64,000 nt of DNA from Acidobacteria bacterium SCN 69-37 (GTDB taxonomy: Bacteria; Acidobacteriota; Vicinamibacteria; Vicinamibacterales; SCN-69-37). The stretch covers positions 18,595 through 82,594 of the forward strand of contig MEDJ01000007.1 in assembly GCA_001724025.1 (NCBI GenBank), given 5' to 3'. Position 1 is the stretch's first letter. Each line of letters opens with the position of its first letter. Shown one piece after another: positions 1 through 9,665 of the stretch. Position numbers and translations under genes: made by a program. Under the pieces are notes generated by a model. The model saw only the letters and a program-made list of their open reading frames with translations. It ran no database searches and had not been told where the DNA came from.

Positions 1-1
1 T

Positions 2-2266
2 CACCAGGTCGACGCGACGATCGCGCTGCTCGACGACAAGGCCACCGTCCCGTTCATTGCCCGCTACCGCAAGGAAGCCACGGGCGGGCTCGATGACATA
101 CAGCTGCGTACGCTCGAAGAGCGGCTGCGCTATCTGCGCGAACTGGAGGAGCGGCGCGAGACCATCCGCAAGAGCATCGACGAACAGGGCAAGCTGACGC
201 CGGACCTGGCCGCCGCCGTGGCCGAGGCCGACACGAAGGCCAGGCTCGAAGATCTCTATCTGCCGTACAAGCCGAAGCGGCGCACGAAAGGGCAGATGGC
301 GCGCGAGGCCGGACTCGAGCCGCTCGCGCTCCTGCTGCACGGCGATCCGACGCAGGTGCCGGACGTGGCGGCTGTCGCGTTCGTTGACGCGGAGAAGGGC
401 GTTGCCGACGTGGCGGCCGCGCTCGACGGTGCGCGGTCGATTCTCGTCGAGACGTTTGCCGAACACGCCGAGCTCGTCGGCGAACTGCGCGAGCTCATGT
501 GGGCACGCGGTGAGTGGCGGTCCACGGTCGTGCCCGGCAAGGAAGAGGAGGGCGCGAAATTCTCCGACTACTTCAGCGCTTCAGAGCCGGTGAAGGCCGT
601 GCCGTCACACAGGGCGCTCGCGCTGCTGCGCGGTCGCAACGAGGGTGTGCTGCGGCTCTCGATTGTGATGCCCGAGCCCGAGGGCGCTGTCGGACCCACG
701 GATCCCGAGCGGCGCATCGCCGCGCGCGTGGGCGTCGAGGATCGCAGGCGGCCGGCCGATGCGTGGCTCGTCGAAACGGTGCGGCACGCGTGGCGTTTCA
801 AGCTGGCCATTCACCTGGAGATCGACACCGAGATGCGGCTGCGCGAACTGGCCGAGGCCGAGGCGATTCGCGTCTTCGGCCGCAATCTGCAGGATCTGCT
901 GCTCGCGGCCCCGGCGGGCCAGCGCGTGACCATGGGACTCGATCCGGGGATCCGCACGGGCGTGAAGGTCGCCGTGGTCGATGGCACGGGCCGGCTTCTC
1001 GACACGGCGACGGTGTATCCGCACGAGCCGCGCAACGACTGGGACGGCGCGCTGCGCACCATCGGCGCGCTGGCGGCGAAGCATCACGTGCAGCTCATCG
1101 CCATCGGCAACGGCACGGCATCGCGCGAAACAGATAAGCTCGCCGGCGACCTGATCCGGCGCCATCCGGAGGCGAACCTCACCAAGGTCGTGGTGTCCGA
1201 GGCCGGGGCCTCGGTCTACTCGGCGTCGGAGATCGCCTCGCGCGAATTCCCGGACGTCGATGTTTCGCTGCGCGGCGCGATCTCGATTGCGCGGCGGTTA
1301 CAGGATCCGCTCGCCGAGCTCGTGCGCATCGAGCCGAAGGCCATTGGCGTGGGGCAGTATCAGCACGACGTCAGCCAGGTGCAGCTCGCCCGCGCGCTCG
1401 ATGCCGTGGTCGAGGACTGCGTCAACGCGGTGGGGGCTGACGTCAACACGGCGTCTGCGCCGCTCCTCGCGCGCATCTCGGGCCTGACCGAGTCGCTCGC
1501 GAAGAACATCGTCTCGTTTCGCGACGAACACGGCCCGTTCCGCACGCGCCAGCAACTGTTGAAGGTGCCGCGCGTCGGCGATCGCACGTTCCAGCAGGCG
1601 GCCGGCTTCCTGCGGATCATGGACGGCGAGAATCCGCTCGATGCGTCGGCCGTCCACCCGGAGGCGTACCCGGTCGTCGAGCGCATCGTGGGAAAGGCCG
1701 GCGTGGCCGCGCGCGACCTGATCGGTCAGACGACGGTCCTGCGCGCACTTACGCCGCGCGACTTTGCCGATGCGCAGTTCGGCGAGCCGACGGTGCGCGA
1801 CATCCTGCGCGAGCTCGAGAAGCCGGGCCGCGATCCGCGACCGGAATTCCGCACGGCGGCCTTCAAGGACGACGTGCACGAGATGAAGGATTTGCAGGCG
1901 GGCATGATGCTCGAGGGCGTGGTGACGAACGTGGCGAACTTCGGCGCGTTCGTCGACATCGGCGTGCACCAGGACGGGCTCGTGCACGTCTCACAGCTTG
2001 CCGATCGCTTCGTGAAGGATCCGCGCGAGGTCGTCAAGGCGGGGCAGATCGTCAAGGTGAAGGTCGTCGAGGTCGATCTCAAGCGGCGCCGTATCAGCCT
2101 GACGATGAAGCTGCACGAGGTGGCGGCGACTCGACGTCCTGCCGGTCCGGACTCGCCCGCGGCGAGTGGACCCGGAGCGCGTCAGGCCGGCCCCCGGCGC
2201 GAACAGCCACGACCGTCGTCGTCATCCACCTCGATGGCCGCGGCCTTCGCGAAGCTGGGGCGATAG
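2..2266 (+). CDS. tex: Tex-like transcription accessory protein with C-terminal S1 RNA-binding domain (5' end outside window)
   Basis: Frame is open from base 2 ([32 protein letters not shown], a typical Tex N-terminus) and continues into ORF 218..2266. The S1 domain reads [33 protein letters not shown]. Confidence 0.95.
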   Translation, partial: HQVDATIALLDDKATVPFIARYRKEATGGLDDIQLRTLEERLRYLRELEERRETIRKSIDEQGKLTPDLAAAVAEADTKARLEDLYLPYKPKRRTKGQMAREAGLEPLALLLHGDPTQVPDVAAVAFVDAEKGVADVAAALDGARSILVETFAEHAELVGELRELMWARGEWRSTVVPGKEEEGAKFSDYFSASEPVKAVPSHRALALLRGRNEGVLRLSIVMPEPEGAVGPTDPERRIAARVGVEDRRRPADAWLVETVRHAWRFKLAIHLEIDTEMRLRELAEAEAIRVFGRNLQDLLLAAPAGQRVTMGLDPGIRTGVKVAVVDGTGRLLDTATVYPHEPRNDWDGALRTIGALAAKHHVQLIAIGNGTASRETDKLAGDLIRRHPEANLTKVVVSEAGASVYSASEIASREFPDVDVSLRGAISIARRLQDPLAELVRIEPKAIGVGQYQHDVSQVQLARALDAVVEDCVNAVGADVNTASAPLLARISGLTESLAKNIVSFRDEHGPFRTRQQLLKVPRVGDRTFQQAAGFLRIMDGENPLDASAVHPEAYPVVERIVGKAGVAARDLIGQTTVLRALTPRDFADAQFGEPTVRDILRELEKPGRDPRPEFRTAAFKDDVHEMKDLQAGMMLEGVVTNVANFGAFVDIGVHQDGLVHVSQLADRFVKDPREVVKAGQIVKVKVVEVDLKRRRISLTMKLHEVAATRRPAGPDSPAASGPGARQAGPRREQPRPSSSSTSMAAAFAKLGR

Positions 2267-2278
2267 GGGGACGGCGGA

Positions 2279-3205
2279 TCAGCGAAGACCCGTGACGTGC
2301 GCATACTGGCGACGGACGTCGCCGGCATCGAGCGCTGTGTCGAAGAACATCAGATCGTCCAGGCGGCCGGTGAAGGGGTTCCGCTCGGCGGTGTTCTGCG
2401 GAAAGCTGCCGCCGATCTTGATGCCCGCCGGAGCCGCGGCGGACGTGCGATCGGGCTCGGCTGGGCCGCTCACGGCCCACGCATCGTCGTCCGTCGCGTA
2501 GGTGGAGGTCAGCGGGGCGCCGTTCCTGTAGAGCGCCATCGTGCCCGCGTCGAAGTCGAACGTGGCCGCGAGGTGCGTCCACGTGTCGACTGGCAGCAGC
2601 GCGCGCCAGTCGTCGTCAGCCGCGAGCACGAGTGACGCACCGTCGTCGAGACGCCGGCCAAGGGCGACGAGCCGCAGCGTGCCTGACACCTGGATGACCT
2701 CGAGCAGGGCCCGCACGCCGTGACCATCCGATGTGCCCGAGAGCAGACCGAACAGTCCGACCGCGCCGAACCGATCGGCCGGATCCGGCGTCGTCGTGTT
2801 GAGTCCCGGATTGGGGCCTGTTGGTTTGACCCAGCCCATGAGCGTGATACCCGTCGTGTTGCTGAAGGCCGAGAGCGACGGCACGCCGTTCGCCTCGTAG
2901 ACCCCGGCCTTCCAGTCGTCGTTGCCGGCCGTGTCCGGTGCGATCTGCCGCGTCTGCAGCGAGAACGTGCTGCGCGTGTGCGCCCCGTCCCTGACGCGCA
3001 TGGCCGCCCCGCCGTTGATCAGGGTCAAGGGCGTCTTCGACGCGCCACGGTCCTGCTCGACGGAGTCGTCGCCGTCGTCCGGATGATCGAAGTCGTAGAA
3101 ACAGACGAGGCTGGACGCGAGTTCAGGCAGCACCACGTCCGTACGGGGGGCGCAGCCGATCAGGACGCCGAGTGCGAGGCCGACGACGCACCTGCTGAGA
3201 CGCAT
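2279..3205 (-). CDS. LamG/concanavalin-A-like (Laminin_G_3) domain lipoprotein
   Basis: ORF 2279..3223. The ATG at 3205 gives MRLSRCVVGLALGVLIGC (lipobox LIGC). GTMALYRNGAPL and GRLDDLMFFDTALDAGDV are typical of LamG-like jellyroll domains. Confidence 0.75.
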   Translation of the reverse strand: MRLSRCVVGLALGVLIGCAPRTDVVLPELASSLVCFYDFDHPDDGDDSVEQDRGASKTPLTLINGGAAMRVRDGAHTRSTFSLQTRQIAPDTAGNDDWKAGVYEANGVPSLSAFSNTTGITLMGWVKPTGPNPGLNTTTPDPADRFGAVGLFGLLSGTSDGHGVRALLEVIQVSGTLRLVALGRRLDDGASLVLAADDDWRALLPVDTWTHLAATFDFDAGTMALYRNGAPLTSTYATDDDAWAVSGPAEPDRTSAAAPAGIKIGGSFPQNTAERNPFTGRLDDLMFFDTALDAGDVRRQYAHVTGLR

Positions 3206-3276
3206 GGGCGACGAGGGTATCACCGAGCGTCGCGGCGACGCAGGGCCTGCGGGCCGTCGCGATAGGATCGTCGGTC

Positions 3277-4161
3277 ATGACCGCGCTGTCGTACGTCGCC
3301 GTCTGTCTCATCTGGGGATCGACATGGCTGGCGATCAAGATCGGGCTCGACGGCGTGCCGCCGTTTCTCGGCGCCGGGCTGCGTTTCGTCGTGGCCGTGG
3401 CCGTGGCCGTCACCGCCGTCGTGCTCGTCCTGCGGCGGCAGCCGATCCGCCTCACGCGCGACGACCGCATCTGCATCGTGTCGCAGGGCATCCTCGTTTT
3501 CTGGTTCAACTACGCCGCGGTCTACTGGGCCGAGATGCGCATCTCGAGCGGCCTGACGGCCGTGATCTTCTCGACGATGCCGCTGACGACGGCCATGCTG
3601 AGCCGGTTCTGGACGCGCAACGAGGTGATGGGCGGACGCAAGCTCGCGGGCATCGCGGTCGGCATGATCGGGACGCTGCTGCTGTTCTGGCCCGACGACC
3701 GGCTGGGCGCCTCGCAGATGCCCGGCATGCTCGGGGCGCTCTTCGCGAGCACGTGCTCGTCGATCGCGCTGGTGATCGTGAAGCGTCACGGCGCGAAGAG
3801 CGATCCGTTCGTGCTGAACCTGTTCAGCATGGGGCTCGGCGCCGTGTGCCTGCTCGGGATGAGCGCGCTCTTCGAGCGTTCGGCGCCCGTGGCCTGGAGT
3901 GCCGGGAACGTCGGCGCGCTGGTGTACCTGGCCGTGTGCGGGTCGGTCGTGACGTTCTCGCTCTACTACTGGCTCATCAAGCGTCTCGACGCCACCGTCG
4001 TCAGCCTGAGCACGCTGATCACGCCGATCATCGCCCTGATACTGGGGCGCGCGTTCCTGGACGAGGTCATCACGCCGCTCGCATTCGCGGGCATCGCGAC
4101 CATTCTCGCCGGCGTGGCCGTGGCCATTGCGCCGGCGCGCCGTGCACGAATGAACGGCTGA
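3277..4161 (+). CDS. EamA/DMT family transporter
   Basis: 294-aa polytopic membrane ORF. The N-terminal YVAVCLIWGSTWLAIKIGL and two-repeat architecture are typical of EamA-like transporters. Confidence 0.9.
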   Translation: MTALSYVAVCLIWGSTWLAIKIGLDGVPPFLGAGLRFVVAVAVAVTAVVLVLRRQPIRLTRDDRICIVSQGILVFWFNYAAVYWAEMRISSGLTAVIFSTMPLTTAMLSRFWTRNEVMGGRKLAGIAVGMIGTLLLFWPDDRLGASQMPGMLGALFASTCSSIALVIVKRHGAKSDPFVLNLFSMGLGAVCLLGMSALFERSAPVAWSAGNVGALVYLAVCGSVVTFSLYYWLIKRLDATVVSLSTLITPIIALILGRAFLDEVITPLAFAGIATILAGVAVAIAPARRARMNG

Positions 4162-4164
4162 GCT

Positions 4165-4304
4165 GGATGGTCCAGTTCGGCGAGCAGGAAAGGCGAGATG
4201 ACTCGTGGGGGACGCGTATCGACCAGAGCCACCACGGCGCGGTCGCGCGGCGTCTCGTTGGCATCGAGAGCGGCGTAGAGACCGCCCGTGTCGAGCAGGA
4301 TCAT
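4165..4304 (-). pseudogene. truncated PIN-domain (VapC-like) toxin remnant
   Basis: MILLDTGGLYAALDANETPRDRAVVALVDTRPPRVISPFLLAELDH matches only the first ~46 residues of PIN toxins. Homology stops a few nt from the eamA stop codon, and the rest of ORF 3966..4304 just runs antisense through eamA. Confidence 0.45.
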
Positions 4305-4408
4305 CGGTGACCGGAGCCTTCGAGTGCGCGTTCGACATCTTCAGCGATCGACGGACCCGTTCCCCGGAACAACGACAGCGTCGGGGGTGGTGCGGTTGTC
4401 TTGGTCAT
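4301..4408 (-). CDS. short putative antitoxin (remnant) upstream of the PIN fragment
   Basis: 35-codon ORF (MTKTTAPPPTLSLFRGTGPSIAEDVERALEGSGHR). Its TGA overlaps the PIN ATG in an ATGA junction, the usual TA arrangement. It is too short to assign a family. Confidence 0.3.
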   Translation of the reverse strand: MTKTTAPPPTLSLFRGTGPSIAEDVERALEGSGHR

Positions 4409-4605
4409 GCCTTACGCATACCGTACGTTCTGATATCTACAGTCCGTGACGTCGGGGCACCGGCCGTGCGCATCGTCACGACGCCGCACCGACAGCGCGC
4501 GTCAGTGCGCCGACAGTTCGGGCGTCGATGAGTGCGTGGAACGGACGAGCCGCGGCCAGGCGCCGTCCTCCGGCCGTGGCATCGGCCTTGCCGTGTGGTG
4601 AGACG

Positions 4606-5202
4606 ATGCATCCTTCTCGTCTCGCGCCCGCGACGCCAGGTCGCCGGCCCGACGCCGATTCCGTCCCGGCGCCGATCGGCACGGCCCCACGCGCCGTCGA
4701 TCACGCCGGTCCGTTCGAGCACCTGGTGTTCTTCGGTCGGCTCGATCCCGCCGCGGGCCTGGCCCTGGTCTGTCGCGCACTGGCGGACTCGGCGCAGGCA
4801 CGCGGGCCGCTGCGGCGCGTCACCTTTCTCGGCACGCCGCCGAGTCGTGAGGCCGAGTCAGTCTCCTCGTTCATCCTCGACGTGCTGGCGCACCTGCCGG
4901 GACTCGAGATCACCATCGTCGAGACAGGCGGGACCGCGGACGTGCTGGAGTGGTTCCGACGCCAGCCGCGCACGCTCGTACTCGTCCCGGGCGTCGCCGG
5001 AGACCTGCCGGCCACGCTGCACGATCTGTTCGGCCGGCGGATTCCGTTCGTCTCGATCGAGACCAACGGCGTGTCGGACCTCGCGGCGGCGACGAACGCC
5101 CGTGTGATGACAGCGCCCACAAGCAACGGCCTGGTCGAACGGCTGGTACGCATGCACCGCGACGGTCGACAGGATCCTGGCGATCGCCACGACCACGCGT
5201 GA
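4606..5202 (+). CDS. hypothetical protein; resembles only the C-terminal half of a GT-B type glycosyltransferase
   Basis: GC3-rich ORF 4528..5202 with an ATG at 4606. HLVFFGRLDPAAGLALVCRAL ... LVLVPGVAGDLPATLHDLFGRRIPFVSIETNG loosely recalls a GT4 C-terminal domain. The start and the function are both uncertain. Confidence 0.4.
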   Translation: MHPSRLAPATPGRRPDADSVPAPIGTAPRAVDHAGPFEHLVFFGRLDPAAGLALVCRALADSAQARGPLRRVTFLGTPPSREAESVSSFILDVLAHLPGLEITIVETGGTADVLEWFRRQPRTLVLVPGVAGDLPATLHDLFGRRIPFVSIETNGVSDLAAATNARVMTAPTSNGLVERLVRMHRDGRQDPGDRHDHA

Positions 5203-5247
5203 ACCCGCCGGCGGTGGGCCGGCTCGCGGCCTCGCGCGATCGGGCGA

Positions 5248-6039
5248 TCAGCGGCGCCGTACGGCGATGAAGCGCAGGCGCACGTAGTCGATGATCCAGC
5301 GGCCGTCGGCGTCAACGATCTGCGGCGCCAGCATGTCGTCCACCTGTCGCAGGATGTCGTCGACCTGATCGGCAGGCAACTGGGCGAGCACCGACGGGCC
5401 GAACATCCGCCACCAGTCGGCCGCCGTCTGTCCATCGGCCAGCGCCGTCGGCCTGGCGAAATAGTCGAGGCGATGGATCTCGAAGCCCCCGGCCTCGAGC
5501 CGCGTGGCGTGCTGCGCGGGCGTGGGGAAGTACCACGGCAGCACCGGCAGACCGATGCCGCGTGCGGTCACCGCGGATCGCAGCGCGGCAATCGGCGCGG
5601 CGACGTTCGCACCCGCCCCGAACTCCGCCACGAAACGCCCGCCGGGCACGAGCGCCTCGTGTACGCAGCGGATGACATCGTCCGCGCGCGTCATCCAGTG
5701 CAGGGCCGCGTTCGAGAACACGGCCTCCACGGGCGCGTCGAGCGCGAACGCATGACCGTCGCGCACGTCGAACGGGATGGACGGAAACTTCGTCCGTGCC
5801 TGCGCAATCATCCCGGCGTCTCGATCGAAGCCCGATACGACCGCTCCCGTTTCCGCAATGCGCGCCGTCAGGTCGCCCGTGCCGCACCCCAGATCGAGGA
5901 TGCGCTCGCCTGACCGCGGCGCCAGCCACTCGAGCAGCGACGCCGCCAGGACGTTGACGTAGCTGAACGCACGGTCGTACGCGGACGCGTCCCAGGGCTG
6001 CGATCGCGGCAGGACTGGGGCGGCAGGGTGATCGGTCAT
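5248..6039 (-). CDS. class I SAM-dependent methyltransferase
   Basis: Internal ATG at 6039 of ORF 5248..6804 (MTDHPAAP...). SAM-binding motif ERILDLGCGTGDLT. The upstream part of the long ORF is Arg-rich, which looks like non-coding read-through. Confidence 0.9.
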   Translation of the reverse strand: MTDHPAAPVLPRSQPWDASAYDRAFSYVNVLAASLLEWLAPRSGERILDLGCGTGDLTARIAETGAVVSGFDRDAGMIAQARTKFPSIPFDVRDGHAFALDAPVEAVFSNAALHWMTRADDVIRCVHEALVPGGRFVAEFGAGANVAAPIAALRSAVTARGIGLPVLPWYFPTPAQHATRLEAGGFEIHRLDYFARPTALADGQTAADWWRMFGPSVLAQLPADQVDDILRQVDDMLAPQIVDADGRWIIDYVRLRFIAVRRR

Positions 6040-6074
6040 GAGGGCCTCGCAGGGATGTGATGGCAGCGTGCGCG

Positions 6075-7220
6075 TCAGCCAATCCGCTCGATGCGGAGGG
6101 CGACGAGCCACGTCCACCCGGAATCGTCCGTCGTGAACACGAACAGCTGGTTGTCGCTGAAGGTAACGGGACGTGTCGTATCGATGGTCACCGGGATCGT
6201 GGCGATCGCCGCGCGGGGGCGTCCGTCGGGATCGAAGACGCTGAACGCGTGCGCGTCGCCGGACGCCGTCAGCCGCTCCACCCAGAGCCGCTGCTGGCGA
6301 TCGATCCGCAGCGCGTGGAAGAGCGGTTGCGTGGCCGGGAGCCGGTCGAGGTCCGGGAGCACCGGCGCCCCGACGTCGATCGCGATCTGCTCGATCTGAT
6401 CGATGGCCGCCTGCCGCGCCTCGGCGGGCACCGGCAAGGGCTCGCCCGCGAGTACGATCGCAGGCGGGGCGTCGTCGCAGCGTCGCCAGGCGGTGTGGAC
6501 GATGCGGCGATAGTCGGGGGCGATGCCGCTCCACGTCGATCCATCGGCCGCGCGGGCCAGGGCGATCGGCGGCTGCGCGAACGGCACGGGAATCGCCGCA
6601 CGGCCGGCCGTGCCGTCGACGTGGAACGTCGTGCCGGGATCGGCGCGCACCAGGCCGACGTCGCAGGGCAGCGCGGGCAGCAGTTGCGACGCCGAGAAGT
6701 CCGGGGCCCAGCGTCGCCAGACGAGGCGCGGTCCGTCGGCCACGGGGTCGAACAGCGCCCCGCCTGGGCCGACGAACCCCAGCCACTGCACCGTCCAGCC
6801 CCACGGCTGGTAGTCGATCTCGCGGATGAACGTGCCGGTGTCCGACACGATCACGAATCGTCCGACTTCCGGATCGTTGATGACAATGCGGCCGTCGGGG
6901 AACTGGGCAATCCCGTTGGGGGCGTGCAGCAGGGGCGGCGCGTGCGTGCCGCCAATCGCGCGGACCGGGTCACCGGTGTTGTTCACCCAGACGAGCCGCG
7001 GCGATCGCCCGCGCGTCAGGACGAGCAGCTGGCCGTTGGCCGCCACCTCGAGATCGGCGACGCTGCCGAACGAGACGTCGAGCGTCGGGTCGCCACCCGA
7101 TCGCCACATCTCGACCAGGCGCCATCGCTCGGGGGCGCGCCCCGGCGCCTGGGCGCGCACGGGCGTGATCGCCCACAGGCTCCACAGGGCTATCAGGCCG
7201 ATGCCGATGGGACGGACCAC
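6075..7220 (-). CDS. secreted 6-bladed beta-propeller (NHL-like) protein, function unknown
   Basis: ORF 6075..7298. A GTG at 7220 gives VVRPIGIGLIALWSLWAITPVRAQA (signal peptide). Repeated blades such as NGIAQFPDGRIVINDPEVGRFVIVS are present. The start codon is uncertain. Confidence 0.7.
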   Translation of the reverse strand: MVRPIGIGLIALWSLWAITPVRAQAPGRAPERWRLVEMWRSGGDPTLDVSFGSVADLEVAANGQLLVLTRGRSPRLVWVNNTGDPVRAIGGTHAPPLLHAPNGIAQFPDGRIVINDPEVGRFVIVSDTGTFIREIDYQPWGWTVQWLGFVGPGGALFDPVADGPRLVWRRWAPDFSASQLLPALPCDVGLVRADPGTTFHVDGTAGRAAIPVPFAQPPIALARAADGSTWSGIAPDYRRIVHTAWRRCDDAPPAIVLAGEPLPVPAEARQAAIDQIEQIAIDVGAPVLPDLDRLPATQPLFHALRIDRQQRLWVERLTASGDAHAFSVFDPDGRPRAAIATIPVTIDTTRPVTFSDNQLFVFTTDDSGWTWLVALRIERIG

Positions 7221-7267
7221 GGCCCAGTCTACCGAACTTCCTTTTGACCTGGCCCGTCGCCCGTCGC

Positions 7268-7273
7268 AATACT
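7268..7273 (+). promoter_or_regulatory. -10-like hexamer AATACT, 6 nt upstream of the ABC ATPase ATG (leaderless-type)
   Basis: cgcAATACTggaggaATG. The spacing leaves no room for a conventional leader. Confidence 0.3.
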
Positions 7274-7279
7274 GGAGGA

Positions 7280-8215
7280 ATGCCCAGTGCGTCACCACGG
7301 GTCGCCTTGCGTGTCGACAACCTGAAGAAGGCCTATCGCGACGTGCAGGCGGTCGACGGCATCCACTTCGAGCTCGTTGCCGGCGAGTGCTTCGGCCTGC
7401 TCGGTCCGAACGGCGCCGGCAAGACCACCACCATCGAGATCTGCGAGGGCCTCACGCCGGCCGACTCCGGCGTGGTCGAGGTGCTCGGGCTGCGCTGGGA
7501 GACCGACGCGAAGGAACTGCGGCAGCGGCTCGGCATCCAGCTGCAGGAGACGCAGCTGGCCGAGAAGCTCACCGTGCTCGAGACGCTCGAGCTGTTCCGC
7601 AGCTTCTTCCGCGAGGGCCCGCTGCCGGCCGAGGCGCTGGCGCTCGTGCAGCTCGACGAAAAGCGACACGCGCGCGTCGGCGGCCTCTCGGGCGGACAGA
7701 AACAGCGTCTTGCGCTGGCCTGTGCGCTGGTGGGCAACCCGGACCTGCTGTTCCTCGACGAGCCAACCACGGGACTCGATCCGCAGGCGCGCCGTCAGCT
7801 CTGGGATCTCATCCAGCAGTTCAAACGCGATGGCCGGACGATCCTGCTGACCACGCACTACATGGACGAGGCGCAGCAGCTCTGCGAGCGGATCGCGATC
7901 ATGGATCACGGCCGCATCATCGCGCGCGGCACCCCACGGGAATTGATCGACTCGATCGGCATCGAGCACATCGTCGAGTTCTCCACGGCCGGGGACGTCG
8001 ATCTCGCACCAATCCGCACGATGGCCGGCGTGAAGGACGTACACCCGGCCGGCGGCTTCTTCGAGATGCAGGTCACCGAACTCCACACGTGCGTGCCGGC
8101 CCTGGTCGGCGAACTGGGCCGGCAGAAGCTGGCCCTCACCGAACTCCGGACCCATTCCGCCACGCTCGAGGACGTGTTCGTGGCGCTGACAGGCAGGCAC
8201 CTCCGCGATGAGTGA
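7280..8215 (+). CDS. ABC transporter ATP-binding protein (ABC-2 exporter type)
   Basis: Walker A GPNGAGKTT, signature LSGGQKQR, Walker B LLFLDEPTTGLD. Start at ATG 7280 (MPSASPRVALRVDNLKK). Confidence 0.95.
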   Translation: MPSASPRVALRVDNLKKAYRDVQAVDGIHFELVAGECFGLLGPNGAGKTTTIEICEGLTPADSGVVEVLGLRWETDAKELRQRLGIQLQETQLAEKLTVLETLELFRSFFREGPLPAEALALVQLDEKRHARVGGLSGGQKQRLALACALVGNPDLLFLDEPTTGLDPQARRQLWDLIQQFKRDGRTILLTTHYMDEAQQLCERIAIMDHGRIIARGTPRELIDSIGIEHIVEFSTAGDVDLAPIRTMAGVKDVHPAGGFFEMQVTELHTCVPALVGELGRQKLALTELRTHSATLEDVFVALTGRHLRDE

Positions 8216-9245
8216 CGGTTTCAGGTCTCATCCCCTGGTGCAGCTCACCCTGCTCCGGCTCCGCGAGTTCCTGCGTGAACCCGAGGCGGTGTTCTGGGCG
8301 CTGATTTTCCCGATCCTGCTCGCCGGCGGGCTCGGCATCGCCTTCCGCGGCGAGGCCCCGGAGGTCGTGCGTGTGGCCGTCACCGATGACGCGATCGCGG
8401 CCACGCTGCGACAGGACCCGGTGCTGGACGTGGTGGCGATGACCCCGGACGAGGCCGCCCGTGCGCTGCGCAGCGGCCGCATCCTGCTCGTCGTCGAACC
8501 GGGGGCCGACGGCGGCGCGGCCTATCGCTACGACGATACGAACCCGGAGGCGCGGGCGGCGCGCGCGGCAGCGAACCAGGCGCTGCAGGTGGCGTCCGGC
8601 CGCGTCGATCCGGTCCGCGTCGACGACGTGATCACGCGGGAGACGGGGGCGCGGTACATCGACTTCCTCATTCCCGGGCTTGTCGGCATGGGCATCATGG
8701 GCAACGCGATCTGGGGCCTGGGCTTCTCGATCGTCGACGCGCGGCGCCGCAAGCTGATGAAGCGCATCATCGCCACGCCGATGCCGCGGCACCTGTTCCT
8801 GGGATCGTTCCTCGCCTGGCGCGTGCTCCTGCTGCCGGTCGAGGTGGGCGTGCCCGTGCTGTTCGGGCGCGTGGCGTTCGACGTGCCCGTGCGCGGCGGC
8901 ATGATCGACTTGGCCCTGCTCGCGATGCTCGGCTCGATGACGTTCAGCGCGATCGGCCTGCTGATCGCGTCGCGTGCGAAGACCATCGAGGCCGTGTCGG
9001 GCCTGATGAACTTCGTGATGATGCCGATGTGGATCCTCTCGGGCGTCTTCTTCTCGGCCGATCGGTTCCCCGACGCGGTCCAGCCGCTCATCCGCGCCCT
9101 CCCGCTCTCGGCGTTGATCGACGCCATTCGCGCCAGCATGCTGCAGGGCATCACGCTGGTGGCGCTGTGGCCGCAGGTGCTGACGATGATCGCCTGGCTC
9201 GTCGTCTCGTTCATCGCGGCGATGTGGCTGTTCCGCTGGCGGTAG
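8208..9245 (+). CDS. ABC-2 type transporter permease
   Basis: Start overlaps the ATPase stop (ATGA). 345-aa protein with an extracytoplasmic loop after TM1 and C-terminal TM helices typical of ABC-2 permeases. Confidence 0.9.
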   Translation: MSDGFRSHPLVQLTLLRLREFLREPEAVFWALIFPILLAGGLGIAFRGEAPEVVRVAVTDDAIAATLRQDPVLDVVAMTPDEAARALRSGRILLVVEPGADGGAAYRYDDTNPEARAARAAANQALQVASGRVDPVRVDDVITRETGARYIDFLIPGLVGMGIMGNAIWGLGFSIVDARRRKLMKRIIATPMPRHLFLGSFLAWRVLLLPVEVGVPVLFGRVAFDVPVRGGMIDLALLAMLGSMTFSAIGLLIASRAKTIEAVSGLMNFVMMPMWILSGVFFSADRFPDAVQPLIRALPLSALIDAIRASMLQGITLVALWPQVLTMIAWLVVSFIAAMWLFRWR

Positions 9246-9443
9246 ACCGTGGCGACGGCCGGCCACCGGCGACGGGCCATCGGAGGTCTGCCGGTTGTCG
9301 ACGAGCCGTGGTGTGCCGCACGTCCGGGCGCGGGAATGCCCAGATCTGGCAAGCCATCGCCCACGTGAACGGCTCCGGACGCCCTCAGGGACCGCTGTCG
9401 CCGGCCCGCACCTTGCACAGCCACGGATCCCGGAGGTGCGGAC

Positions 9444-9665
9444 GTGAGACTCATCGGCATTGTGCTCATCGTGCTCGGCGTGATTGGATTCGTCTTCGGT
9501 GGGATCTCGTGGACGCGCGACGAGACCGTACTCGACGCCGGGCCCATCGAAATCCAGGCGGAGAAGCGGGAGTCCGTGCCGCTCACGCCCGTGGCCAGCG
9601 GCATCGCGGTCCTGGCTGGTGCGGTGCTGGTCTTCGCCGGCAAGCGTTCGGGCGCGGCTATCTGA
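9444..9665 (+). CDS. small two-TM membrane protein, function unknown
   Basis: GTG start preceded by GGAGG. MRLIGIVLIVLGVIGFVFGG ... SGIAVLAGAVLVFAG gives two hydrophobic helices. The 3' end overlaps the pbpC 3' end by 8 nt (convergent). Confidence 0.55.
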   Translation: MRLIGIVLIVLGVIGFVFGGISWTRDETVLDAGPIEIQAEKRESVPLTPVASGIAVLAGAVLVFAGKRSGAAI

